From a virus: a stretch of DNA of 64,000 bases. The stretch's first letter is position 1. Each line of letters opens with the position of its first letter. Shown one piece after another: positions 47,119 to 56,590 of the stretch. The notes under the pieces were generated by a model. That model saw only the letters and a program-made list of their open reading frames with translations, did no database searches and was not told where the DNA came from. A program made the translations under genes and the position numbers. The DNA is taken from IMG/VR virus record IMGVR_UViG_3300023110_001595, positions 1 through 64,000 of that record; one strand, written 5' to 3'.

Positions 47119-47935
47119 TTATTCTCTCCAAGCTAAACTTATTCATTATATGACAATTACTGCCTTTGAGATTTACTGCTGTATACTCACCAAAACGATT
47201 TGTTTTTTGTACAAGAATTTTTATTTCATCTTCAACTATATCAAGTAAAACATCTTTGTCAATAGCATAAAATTTCTTGCCTGGAAGTATACCCGCAAAG
47301 TCACCAGATTTGTATCCATTCATTATGTGTAGCGCAATGCTAAAAGCAAAATCATTTCTATATACAGTTGTACGGAATTGATACATACTTCTATAATGCA
47401 TATAATTTTCTTTAATATGCTTTACTAAATCAAAAAACATTTTTGTTTGTTCTGATTTTTTAAAATAAAATACAGTAGCCCAATAAAAATCTATGCTGGT
47501 ATCACTAATACGTAAAAATTCAGATGTTCCTGTGTGTATACCTACGTGGATTGCATCCTTGTAAAGTAACAATTCCTTCTGTTGTAAAAAGCAATTATTT
47601 AAAATATCATTACTAATAACGTAATCAGTATCCATTACAATTGTTTCATCATAAGGAGTAAGGTAATATACGTCTGCCCTATCGGTATTTAGAAAAGATG
47701 TTATCTTATTATATAAGTCACCGTCGTGATGTCTTTTTGTCGTATTATGATAATTTTTGCTAGTCGATTGAATTACAGTATCAAACAAATTATTACTATT
47801 ATCATAGTCAGAGGTTGTAACAAGACTGACTGGTAAGTTCAAATACTTTTGTATTCTTTTTGCTAAAAATTCAGCTTGTTTTATATAGTTTAGTGTACCG
47901 TTGTTGTTAGCAAATAACAAGACGCCTTTTGTCAT
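47105..47935 (-). CDS. GT8-like (GT-A) glycosyltransferase
   Basis: PYDETIVMDTD (DxD), WATVFYFKKS and RNDFAFS. Confidence 0.65.
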   Translation of the reverse strand: MTKGVLLFANNNGTLNYIKQAEFLAKRIQKYLNLPVSLVTTSDYDNSNNLFDTVIQSTSKNYHNTTKRHHDGDLYNKITSFLNTDRADVYYLTPYDETIVMDTDYVISNDILNNCFLQQKELLLYKDAIHVGIHTGTSEFLRISDTSIDFYWATVFYFKKSEQTKMFFDLVKHIKENYMHYRSMYQFRTTVYRNDFAFSIALHIMNGYKSGDFAGILPGKKFYAIDKDVLLDIVEDEIKILVQKTNRFGEYTAVNLKGSNCHIMNKFSLERIIDNQ

Positions 47936-48279
47936 AAATTTATAATACTTTCAACAGTTCTGTTTTTTTTCAATTTGTTATATTCAACAAAATATTGGTT
48001 AGTTGCTTCAAAATATTTTGTGTATAATTCAGCACTAAAATTTGCAACATTATCTACTTCAATCGGTATACTGTTATCATCAATCAAGATTGTTCCATCC
48101 TGTTCTAAAGTTACTAAACTTTGACAAAAACTTATAAGTTCTTGTGTAACTGTAAATTGTCCACCGTTATAGTAGTATACTAAATTTTCTTTATATTGCT
48201 CTCTTAACAAACGTTTTTGATTGTTTAGAGTAACCATATAGTTACTGTGGTCTAATGCTTTTTGAAGACGTTCGTCCAT
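47932..48279 (-). CDS. hypothetical phage protein
   Basis: 115-aa ORF with AGGAGG RBS. Confidence 0.75.
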   Translation of the reverse strand: MDERLQKALDHSNYMVTLNNQKRLLREQYKENLVYYYNGGQFTVTQELISFCQSLVTLEQDGTILIDDNSIPIEVDNVANFSAELYTKYFEATNQYFVEYNKLKKNRTVESIINL

Positions 48280-48301
48280 ATATACCTCCTAGATATGTTA
48301 T

Positions 48302-48330
48302 AGTATATATTAAACTATTTGTATTGTCAA
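48302..48330 (-). promoter_or_regulatory. sigma70-type promoter TTGACA-17-TATACT
   Basis: Head of the GT/radical SAM operon starting at 48279. Confidence 0.7.
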
Positions 48331-49482
48331 TTATAAATCGGAATCTTTTGTTCCGGTTGGAACATCAAGCACGATTCCATTGTAAGTTACACCATCGTAT
48401 ACAAATGTACTGTTTGGTGTTTTTGTGTAAACTGTGCTTGTAATAGTTGCTCCTACACTTTCATCTGCAGGAGCACCTTGTTCACCAAATTCTTGTTGAT
48501 ATCCAGTCCCTGTATCACCGTCGTCAAATTCAATTCTAAATTGTAACTGTGTAGCACTGGCTAATGCACTATTAGTTCTAGCATAAATTCTAAAAAAGTT
48601 ATCATCGTAGATCTGGCTTACAGGAATACCTCCAGGATTACCACCTGCTCTACCGCCGCCTTGTTTCTCAAATATTTTAGTCCAAGTAGCACCACTACTA
48701 ATATTAGCGTTACTATATCCTGTGCCCGAACCAGGACTAATTGCTTCACAAATCCAATCTGTTTGATTTCTACGTCTGAATCTTACAGTTCCGCTGTCAC
48801 TTAAAACTTGAGCCCAATCCCAATCCTTACTATAAAGAGTGCCTGTTGTGCCTCCTGTTGCACTAGATTGAAAAAGTATTTCTCCGCCGGCTGCTAAGAA
48901 GTAAATTAATTCATTATGACTAGGAAAATTTACTGTAACTTCGTGCCTAATTACTTTTACGGCATCTGCACTACCGCCCCAATTTGCTGTCCTTTGACTA
49001 GATGTGCTTACTCCGCCACTGGTTTCTAACGGCTCTAATCCTGTAAAACTACTGCTAGGAAATTCTGTAGAAGCATGATTAAATGCTAAAACTGTATCAG
49101 CAATAGTATCTAAATCTAATTTATGCTGCCAAGCAATAAGATCTCTATTAGATATATCTGCAAAATCTGGATAAGTTAGTTTACCTTCAAATTCAGTAGG
49201 ATCGATATCACTTGCTAAACTTGCATAGCAGTGATTATGTCCTGCCTGTAAATCTAGCCATAAATTAAAATGTTGTTGTTCGGTAACCGTATCACTAACC
49301 CCTGGAGTACTGCCTCCAACTACATTGTCACTTGTAAAATTCCTACCATATCCTCCAGATGTAGTAAGAGGAGTTGTTAAACTACCATAATCATTATAGA
49401 CAGAAACATTGCCTAAACGTCCAGCTATTAATTCTCTAATTGCATTATAATGTGATGCTAGTATCGGGGTATTTACAGCCAT
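48331..49482 (-). CDS. virion structural protein
   Basis: G/S/T-rich with YFLAAGG, paralogous to the next gene. Confidence 0.65.
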   Translation of the reverse strand: MAVNTPILASHYNAIRELIAGRLGNVSVYNDYGSLTTPLTTSGGYGRNFTSDNVVGGSTPGVSDTVTEQQHFNLWLDLQAGHNHCYASLASDIDPTEFEGKLTYPDFADISNRDLIAWQHKLDLDTIADTVLAFNHASTEFPSSSFTGLEPLETSGGVSTSSQRTANWGGSADAVKVIRHEVTVNFPSHNELIYFLAAGGEILFQSSATGGTTGTLYSKDWDWAQVLSDSGTVRFRRRNQTDWICEAISPGSGTGYSNANISSGATWTKIFEKQGGGRAGGNPGGIPVSQIYDDNFFRIYARTNSALASATQLQFRIEFDDGDTGTGYQQEFGEQGAPADESVGATITSTVYTKTPNSTFVYDGVTYNGIVLDVPTGTKDSDL

Positions 49483-49500
49483 TATATTTCCTTTTTTAAC

Positions 49501-49529
49501 ATTTTAAACTATGCACACAAATTTGTCAA
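49501..49529 (-). promoter_or_regulatory. sigma70-type promoter TTGACA-17-TAAAAT
   Basis: Intergenic, upstream of the gene starting at 49482. Confidence 0.6.
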
Positions 49530-49530
49530 A

Positions 49531-50433
49531 TTATAATTCACTTGTCTTACTATATGAAGGTGCAGGTGTATTTACATAAGTTCCGCTTGCTCTTAGATGA
49601 GAAACTGAACTTGTTAATATACCTGAAACATATTCGTCTGCGCCCCCTGATCCTACATCAAGATCACTAAAAACTATATTAAATGTTATTTCGTTATCGT
49701 TTTTTTCTTTAGCTTCAATATACCATTCATTTTCTGCATAAGTTCCGCTTGGATCAGCTTCTTTAAGATATATTCTTTGATAGGTATCTGTCAAATCTTC
49801 GTTGCCAATTGCGTATGCAGTACCACTTCCTGTTGTTGCAGTAGCAGCTCGTCCAAATTGTATTTGCCCACTGTTTGTAAGCATTGTTTCCCAATCTTGG
49901 TTTTTAGATAAATCATCACCAGAAACACTACTAATATCAATGCTGGCATTAAAACGTATTTGTCCACCAGCATTGAAAAATGCTCTCCGTGCATTTGCAT
50001 CTGCAAAACCTACATCAATAGTGTGATTAATTGTTTGTGGTGTTGCTGTGCCGCCCCACGGCGTAGCTGAACCATTTTTAATACTGTTTACTCCAGCAGA
50101 TTCGGTATCAGTTTGAGAAAGTGCTACTGTAAACCTATCATTTTCTAAAGTAGTAATAAGAGTTTCGTATGCTGCATATAATGCTTCAGTAATATCATCG
50201 TCTTCTGTTACAGTTTCGATTGTTGTTGGAGTAGTTCCATTGATATGTACATATACTTTTTCAAAATCAGTGTACAAAGAATTCATATGATTTGCTAAAA
50301 CAATTGATTCCACAGGCTCAGGATTAGAAGATACACTTTGATTGTAACCTTTATCTCCTGATCCAACTCCTAGTAAAGCTGATATTTTTCCTTGTATTTC
50401 ATTGTAACGTGCTGCTGAAATTATTTCTGGCAT
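49531..50433 (-). CDS. virion structural protein
   Basis: AFFNAGG motif, with a late-type TATAAGTA at 50452-50459. Confidence 0.65.
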   Translation of the reverse strand: MPEIISAARYNEIQGKISALLGVGSGDKGYNQSVSSNPEPVESIVLANHMNSLYTDFEKVYVHINGTTPTTIETVTEDDDITEALYAAYETLITTLENDRFTVALSQTDTESAGVNSIKNGSATPWGGTATPQTINHTIDVGFADANARRAFFNAGGQIRFNASIDISSVSGDDLSKNQDWETMLTNSGQIQFGRAATATTGSGTAYAIGNEDLTDTYQRIYLKEADPSGTYAENEWYIEAKEKNDNEITFNIVFSDLDVGSGGADEYVSGILTSSVSHLRASGTYVNTPAPSYSKTSEL

Positions 50434-50454
50434 ACTATCTCTCCGTTGTAGTAC

Positions 50455-52017
50455 TTATACTTTCAGCACACACTCGACTAATTTTTCTTCTGGGTCTGTA
50501 TTTGTTTCTAATGCAATACCAACTAGAGCTCTTGTAGCTGTAGGCCCTGCAACGCCATCTTCCCAAGCGTATACTGGTGTACCTTTTTCAATTACTCCTT
50601 TGCAACGAACAGGCACACGGCCTTTAAGAGCAATTGCTTGTCCGTCGATTTCTGAATTCATTAGATATGCCGGATTCTCACTTATAACACCAATTGCTAA
50701 ATCGCTTGATTTACAAGGTTTTGTTTCTGCACTAACGTCTTCTTCTGCTGCAAATTTTGCTTGTGACACTGTCATAACAGTACCAACTGGATGTTCTTCT
50801 TCGGTTGTATATTTTTCAGCTAAGTCAGCATACTGTGCTTGTGTAGCAGTACCGTTAAATAATACTGCTGTCAAGTTACCTGATGCATCTCTTGCTGCAA
50901 TAGTATTTGGAGTTGCTGCTGTACTAGCAAGTCGTCCTGTGCCTGCAACATCTACATTTGTTGCTTTATCTGCTGTACCTCTAAAAGATGTTGCATGAAT
51001 CTCCGCAAATTTTTCACTTGCGCCACCAATATTGTATACATTATCAGTTTCTGGATAAAGTCCGGCATCATCTGCTGCTACATTTCTAATAGAAACAATA
51101 TTTACTGGCGAGCCTGCACCGCTACGCAATGCACCAAAAAAGATTTTATCTCCAACTTGGTTTTTAATGTTACCTTGATTTCCTGAAACAATGTTTACTA
51201 ACAAATCATTGCCGGCGCCTACTGTAAATCCAGGATCACCAAAACGCACAAGATCACCACCTGATTGTGCATCCTTAAATGATAAATTATTAGCTGAAAT
51301 AAAACTACTAGCTTCTAAACCATTAATTTTTAAAGCGTTACTTGCTGTACCCCATATAATAGGTTCATCTGCTGCACCTGAGACTGGATCTCCTATGCTG
51401 TTATCTGTAATACCATCTGTTCCAGTATTAACAAAAGTAATACCTCTTTTAATTAAGCTAAAACCTGTTAAAGCAGGAGTGCCATCTGGCTGTAATGTTG
51501 CAAGTGTAAATTCTTCATTTGAAATTACATATAAAGACACATCGTTAATTAATGCAACAATAATTGTTTTTTCGTTCTCAGCATTATCAAGCACATTAAC
51601 ACTGAGCATTTGTGTTGTACCGCTACCGGCAGATTGAGGACCAACAAGTATAAATTCTCCGCCAGCTGTTTTACCGTACAATTGATTGCTTGTACTACTC
51701 CACCAAAGGTCGCCTTCGTTTAATCCTACTGGTTCAGTAGCACTTACTTCAGTGCCGCCTGCTGTTTTCCAAGCACTACCTGTGTAAAATTTTAATTTTA
51801 AAGTGCTTGAATCATACCAAACTTGTCCGTCAATTGCTTTTACTGGCGCAGTAGTACCTGAAAAAGATTCTAAAAGGTGTAGATAATTTTCGTTTTGTAC
51901 TTCGCCGTATCCGCTGTAATTTCGTCCAACAAACTTAATGTCTGTTGTTTGATCAATTGTGCCATCTTCAACTACTGTAAGTTGAGTGCCGTTATATCTG
52001 TTTACAATATATGCCAT
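50455..52017 (-). CDS. tail fibre/baseplate protein with C-terminal intramolecular chaperone (peptidase G2-like) domain
   Basis: N-terminal GRNYSGYGEVQNENYLHLLE. C-terminal YADLAEKY..GVISENPAYLMN..GRVPV. GATAAATA at 52043-52050. Confidence 0.75.
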   Translation of the reverse strand: MAYIVNRYNGTQLTVVEDGTIDQTTDIKFVGRNYSGYGEVQNENYLHLLESFSGTTAPVKAIDGQVWYDSSTLKLKFYTGSAWKTAGGTEVSATEPVGLNEGDLWWSSTSNQLYGKTAGGEFILVGPQSAGSGTTQMLSVNVLDNAENEKTIIVALINDVSLYVISNEEFTLATLQPDGTPALTGFSLIKRGITFVNTGTDGITDNSIGDPVSGAADEPIIWGTASNALKINGLEASSFISANNLSFKDAQSGGDLVRFGDPGFTVGAGNDLLVNIVSGNQGNIKNQVGDKIFFGALRSGAGSPVNIVSIRNVAADDAGLYPETDNVYNIGGASEKFAEIHATSFRGTADKATNVDVAGTGRLASTAATPNTIAARDASGNLTAVLFNGTATQAQYADLAEKYTTEEEHPVGTVMTVSQAKFAAEEDVSAETKPCKSSDLAIGVISENPAYLMNSEIDGQAIALKGRVPVRCKGVIEKGTPVYAWEDGVAGPTATRALVGIALETNTDPEEKLVECVLKV

Positions 52018-52051
52018 TCTTGTTGTTTCCTCGTGCTTAAACTATTTATCG

Positions 52052-53911
52052 CTAAACTGCTGAAGTACTGATCTCTCCTGTTGTAGGTGCCCATAAAGCA
52101 GATGCTATCTCCATAGAAATAGTTATTCGTGTTATTGTTAGGTTAACTGTTGCTGTTGGATCAGTGATTGCAAAATCACCAATTACGTTGACGTTTTGAA
52201 CACCGGCACTATCAACAGCAGTTAGTGTTTTTGAAACACCGCTGTTAACATCAATAGGATCTGTTGTAGCTGTATAGTAATATGCGTGAATATTTGCAAC
52301 GGTTCCATTCCTATCAGTGCTAGGTGTACTGATTTCTGATAATAATGTAGCAATGTTAACAAGTAATACATCATCACAAGTACCATCGCCGTATGATCCT
52401 GGATTGTATGTTGTGCCTATTCCTGTTACGTCTAATCCCATTACTACCGGTTGTGAAAGAATTGCATCATCAACATACTTTTTGTTTGTAACATCGTTAT
52501 TTGCAGTAGGAGTAGCAACATTCTTAATTTGTTTTGCATTGGTTAATTCAATAGCATCAACACTGGTAATTTGTAAACCTTTTGTAGTTGAAATAGTATC
52601 ATCGGTGATAGTCATTGTGTCACTACCACCACCGATTTGTAAATTAGTTAATTTGCCTACAGTTGTCAAACTACTGTTTACAACACTGCTACCTAATGTA
52701 TCCAAAGAAAGAACATTTGCTGTACCGATAAAATAACTATCATTTAGTTTATTTAGAGCTATACCATGAGAACTTGTCCAATTATCCGTATCATAACTCC
52801 AAGTCCAACGTTTATCATCACCCGATACTCTAACAACTATACCAGCATCGTCTGCATCTATATCACTAATAAGTGTACTGTCGTCTGTAATTGCAAGTTC
52901 TATTTGCTTATCTTCGACACGCAAAGTAGCAACATCTAAACTTGTTGTATCACCTTCTACTAATATATTTCCTGTTACACGTAAATCGCCTGCAATGTCT
53001 ACAGTATATTGGGGTAATGCATTTTGGAAAAATCCAACTTTCTTTTCACTTGAATCAAAATACACACTGTCTTCTAAATTGTTGCTGTTAAATGCAAGTT
53101 TTAGATCTTGATTGCTTTTTTGTATTTTGAAATTTGTTACAGCACCGTCTTGTCTGATATTTAAATCTAAATCATCACCAAGATACAAACCGTTGTCGTT
53201 TTTAATAATTATGTACCCTGTGGTAGTATCGTTACTATCAGCACTTAAAAAACTATTTTGATCGTAGACATTACCAAAATCGTCTATTAGATTTTTAGCA
53301 GATGTAGCACTACCTGTAAAAGTGTAATTACTAAACGCAGAACTAATGTTAAATCCTACTTGGAGATTTGTAAATCCTGCTATTGTAGGAAATGGTGTAA
53401 ATGCATCTTTTGTTTCAATGCCAACAATTGCCCCATTAATAAATCTTTTAATTACTACTCTATTTTGCCCTAGTGTATCTTTTATTGTTTCAACAAAATC
53501 GCCTGTGCGTGATTGCGATTTATCATAATCCGGTCCTACTAATATTGTTTCAGTTCCGTTCCAAAAGAACATTTGATCTTTTGCACCGTCGATCCAAATA
53601 TCTCCTGCAATTAATTCTGTTGGTTGTGTTGCACTGTAAATTGTGCTATCTGTACTTCTAAATGTTACACCATCATATACTTTTAATCTACCTGTAGAAG
53701 TATCATACCATAACTGTCCTCTAATTGGACTGCCAGGTGCAGTTGTGTTTGAAAAATTTTCAAGCATTTTGATAAAGTTTTCATTTATACTTTCACCAAA
53801 TCCTTGATAGTTTTTACCTATAAGATTAATGTCAGCGGATGTAGTATCTAACCTACCGTCAACTAATTCTACTAATAGAGACCCGTCTGTTTTATTAAGT
53901 TTATAGGCCAT
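52052..53911 (-). CDS. baseplate wedge/tail fibre protein
   Basis: Same N-terminal module (GKNYQGFGESINENFIKMLENF..GQLWYD) plus DVTNKKYVD. Confidence 0.75.
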   Translation of the reverse strand: MAYKLNKTDGSLLVELVDGRLDTTSADINLIGKNYQGFGESINENFIKMLENFSNTTAPGSPIRGQLWYDTSTGRLKVYDGVTFRSTDSTIYSATQPTELIAGDIWIDGAKDQMFFWNGTETILVGPDYDKSQSRTGDFVETIKDTLGQNRVVIKRFINGAIVGIETKDAFTPFPTIAGFTNLQVGFNISSAFSNYTFTGSATSAKNLIDDFGNVYDQNSFLSADSNDTTTGYIIIKNDNGLYLGDDLDLNIRQDGAVTNFKIQKSNQDLKLAFNSNNLEDSVYFDSSEKKVGFFQNALPQYTVDIAGDLRVTGNILVEGDTTSLDVATLRVEDKQIELAITDDSTLISDIDADDAGIVVRVSGDDKRWTWSYDTDNWTSSHGIALNKLNDSYFIGTANVLSLDTLGSSVVNSSLTTVGKLTNLQIGGGSDTMTITDDTISTTKGLQITSVDAIELTNAKQIKNVATPTANNDVTNKKYVDDAILSQPVVMGLDVTGIGTTYNPGSYGDGTCDDVLLVNIATLLSEISTPSTDRNGTVANIHAYYYTATTDPIDVNSGVSKTLTAVDSAGVQNVNVIGDFAITDPTATVNLTITRITISMEIASALWAPTTGEISTSAV

Positions 53912-55962
53912 TAGGTACCTCCGTAATATATAATAAAGTTAAGTGTTACATATGGATTTACAATGTTTATTGGAAGGTTTTGTAAATCAATTACACCACC
54001 ACTAGTTTCTAATCTTGTGCCAGTACCAGAAGTATCACCGTTATTAGCAACACTATCAGTGCCACTATAAGTTGCTGTAGATGTAGCATAATATTGGTTA
54101 TCATCGCCATCATTTAGATCGTGTTTGTGTTCTGGCAAGTTTTCTTGCATTACTGTAATTTCTTCATTACCAGCAGCATCGCCTATACCTGACACACCAC
54201 TTGAAATAGCATTAGATGGTAACGATCCGCTTCCTATACCAGTTGCCATTGTAGGGAAACGTCCTCTTAAATCTGGAACTCTAAAATAGTTGTTGTTATC
54301 AGGTGCACCTCTATCTGTTGGACTACCATAATACCAAGTTGCTGAATTAGTAGGATCATATCCTAATGCTGTTTTTAAATTACCGTAAGTTGTATCAATA
54401 GGGTAGAAGCTGCCGTCACACAATAACCAATTAGCGGGTGCTGTTATTCCACCATACATAATAATTGTGCCAACTGGCATAGTATCAAAACTACCAAATA
54501 ATTGACTTGGTGTTGCCTTTTCCAATATACCAGATGCATTGTTATAAATCAACAAAGTATCGTTTGTTTGATCAACAGTTGTTGCTAATGTTTGATCGCT
54601 AATAATTGCTGGTGCGGCTTGTGTTGAAAATGTTTTTGTGCTACCACCTGTTTGACCATCAAATACAAAACTGCTGCCTGTTATTTGTCCAGTCATACCA
54701 AATGTTGTTGTGCTGTTTAGTTTGCCTGTACTTCCAGCTGTGCCGCTTACATTACCTGTAACGTTGCCTGTCAAATTACCTGTTATTCTATTTGCATATA
54801 ATGTGTCAAAAGGTAATACACTGCTACCAATATTTCTAACATTTGCAGAATCAGGAATTAAGTTTGCAAGTGTAATATTACCATCAATAGTAGCATTGCC
54901 ACCAACGTTTAAATTTTTTGTTATTCCTACACCACCAAGTGTTGTAATAGAACCTGTTGTAGGATTGTTGCTTTCTGTATCTCCTGTAACACTGATATTA
55001 CTATCAGTTTTTATATTACCAATTACATCTAAACTTTCAGTAGGATTAAGATTGTTAACGCCTACATTAGTGTTACTTTTAATACGTAAAGGAACAGCAA
55101 GTGTTCCGTTGTTGTTAATACGCAAATCAATAGGTGCACCGGGTATACTGTTTTCAACAATACTATTATTACCCTCAACTAATAAACTTAATGTTTTTGC
55201 AGTACCAACTTCAATACCATCATTGTTTTTTACTTGAATTTTTTCAGATACTTGGTTTACGATATTGTTACGCATTACTGTGGTTGTTGGTATAGATGCG
55301 CCGTTGATAAGTAAATTTGCTGCTAGATCAGCAGTGCCATTAAATTTAGCAGTTGTTAAACTTTTGTTGAAATTTACACCTACTTTTAATGGTGTTGTAG
55401 CACTATATCCAGCAAAAGGAGTTCTTGGAGAGAACTCAACTCTTGTGTATATAGTAACTGGAATATTTTCTATATAATTAATAATTACAGGACGCTTAGG
55501 ATTACCCGATTCTGTTGATTCTATTTCTTCTACAAGTGCTCCAGTTTTATTTTCATCAACATAATTTGGGCCTACTAATAACCAACCGCTTCCGGTATAT
55601 AAATAAAGTTGACTTGTACTCGTGTTTACCCACAAGTCTCCTTTGACACTATTTGCTACTTCTGGTTCGAAAGCGCCTTTTTTAAGCCCACCTGCAGCAA
55701 CCCAGTTTGTGCCATCATATATTTTAAGCTGATCTATTTCTTGTGTAGTGTCGTACCAAAGTTGTCCTTCAACTGGATTAGTAGGAGGACTAGCATTAGC
55801 AAAGTTTTCTAACAATTGTAAGAAGTTTGTATTTACTGCTAAACCATAATCAGTTATAAGCCTACCAGGTAAGCTCAAACTTGTATCGTTGTTAAAACTA
55901 CTTTCTTCTACTGTGATTTCACCTTTGTTTGCTTGATCTGTGAAAGGAACTTGATATGACAT
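53911..55962 (-). CDS. baseplate/short tail fibre with tail-collar domain
   Basis: Shared N-terminal module, plus PVGTIIMYGG..WLLCDG..VPDLRGRF and LPEHKH. Confidence 0.8.
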   Translation of the reverse strand: MSYQVPFTDQANKGEITVEESSFNNDTSLSLPGRLITDYGLAVNTNFLQLLENFANASPPTNPVEGQLWYDTTQEIDQLKIYDGTNWVAAGGLKKGAFEPEVANSVKGDLWVNTSTSQLYLYTGSGWLLVGPNYVDENKTGALVEEIESTESGNPKRPVIINYIENIPVTIYTRVEFSPRTPFAGYSATTPLKVGVNFNKSLTTAKFNGTADLAANLLINGASIPTTTVMRNNIVNQVSEKIQVKNNDGIEVGTAKTLSLLVEGNNSIVENSIPGAPIDLRINNNGTLAVPLRIKSNTNVGVNNLNPTESLDVIGNIKTDSNISVTGDTESNNPTTGSITTLGGVGITKNLNVGGNATIDGNITLANLIPDSANVRNIGSSVLPFDTLYANRITGNLTGNVTGNVSGTAGSTGKLNSTTTFGMTGQITGSSFVFDGQTGGSTKTFSTQAAPAIISDQTLATTVDQTNDTLLIYNNASGILEKATPSQLFGSFDTMPVGTIIMYGGITAPANWLLCDGSFYPIDTTYGNLKTALGYDPTNSATWYYGSPTDRGAPDNNNYFRVPDLRGRFPTMATGIGSGSLPSNAISSGVSGIGDAAGNEEITVMQENLPEHKHDLNDGDDNQYYATSTATYSGTDSVANNGDTSGTGTRLETSGGVIDLQNLPINIVNPYVTLNFIIYYGGT

Positions 55963-56564
55963 TAAGTATTACCTCCACTTAAACTTTGTACTCTAACCGT
56001 GTAATCAATTTGTATAAGTCTGTTTAACGATTTTTGCACAGGATGGAAAATCACGTGTGTCAAAAGTCTGCCACTTCCACTAGGAGAATATCCAACTAAT
56101 CCTAGTTCATCAAAAACAAATTGCGCTTCAGTATCTGCTGCTGTATCAAATGCATCTTGTCCATCTGGTTCACCATAATCTAGCAATGCACTTACAACAA
56201 TATCAGTATAATTTGTACCTGTCACATGACGTGTTTCGATTTTATTTCTTTGTGGATCGACATTATTTACGGAACGGTCGTCGACTACTTTTTGATATGT
56301 TTGATTGTAAAGGCTGGCATTAGTACCAGTGCTGTTTGGTGTTAAGTATGTAATAATACCAGTTGGATCAACACTAGTACCACCGTTGCCAAACGCCATT
56401 TCATAGATAAAACCTTCTCCGGCATTACCTAAACTTTCAGCAAGACTGATACTCATATTTTCATAATGAATAGCATTACGCTTGTTTACAAATACGTGTC
56501 CAGAATCTGGATTATGTATTTTAATATGTCCTTCTATGTGTACGCCACTTTGTTCATTAATCAT
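55962..56564 (-). CDS. conserved virion/baseplate protein
   Basis: 200-aa ORF with FDELGL and THVIFHPVQKS. GATAAATA at 56588-56595. Confidence 0.65.
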   Translation of the reverse strand: MINEQSGVHIEGHIKIHNPDSGHVFVNKRNAIHYENMSISLAESLGNAGEGFIYEMAFGNGGTSVDPTGIITYLTPNSTGTNASLYNQTYQKVVDDRSVNNVDPQRNKIETRHVTGTNYTDIVVSALLDYGEPDGQDAFDTAADTEAQFVFDELGLVGYSPSGSGRLLTHVIFHPVQKSLNRLIQIDYTVRVQSLSGGNT

Positions 56565-56590
56565 ATTTTCATTCCGTTCCTATATTGTAT

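Noticed and set aside
8582-48279. Bacterial chromosomal biosynthetic cluster or prophage cargo
   Set aside because: The island is interleaved with virion genes and phage late-type promoters, has no transporters or regulators, and is flanked by phage genes on both sides.
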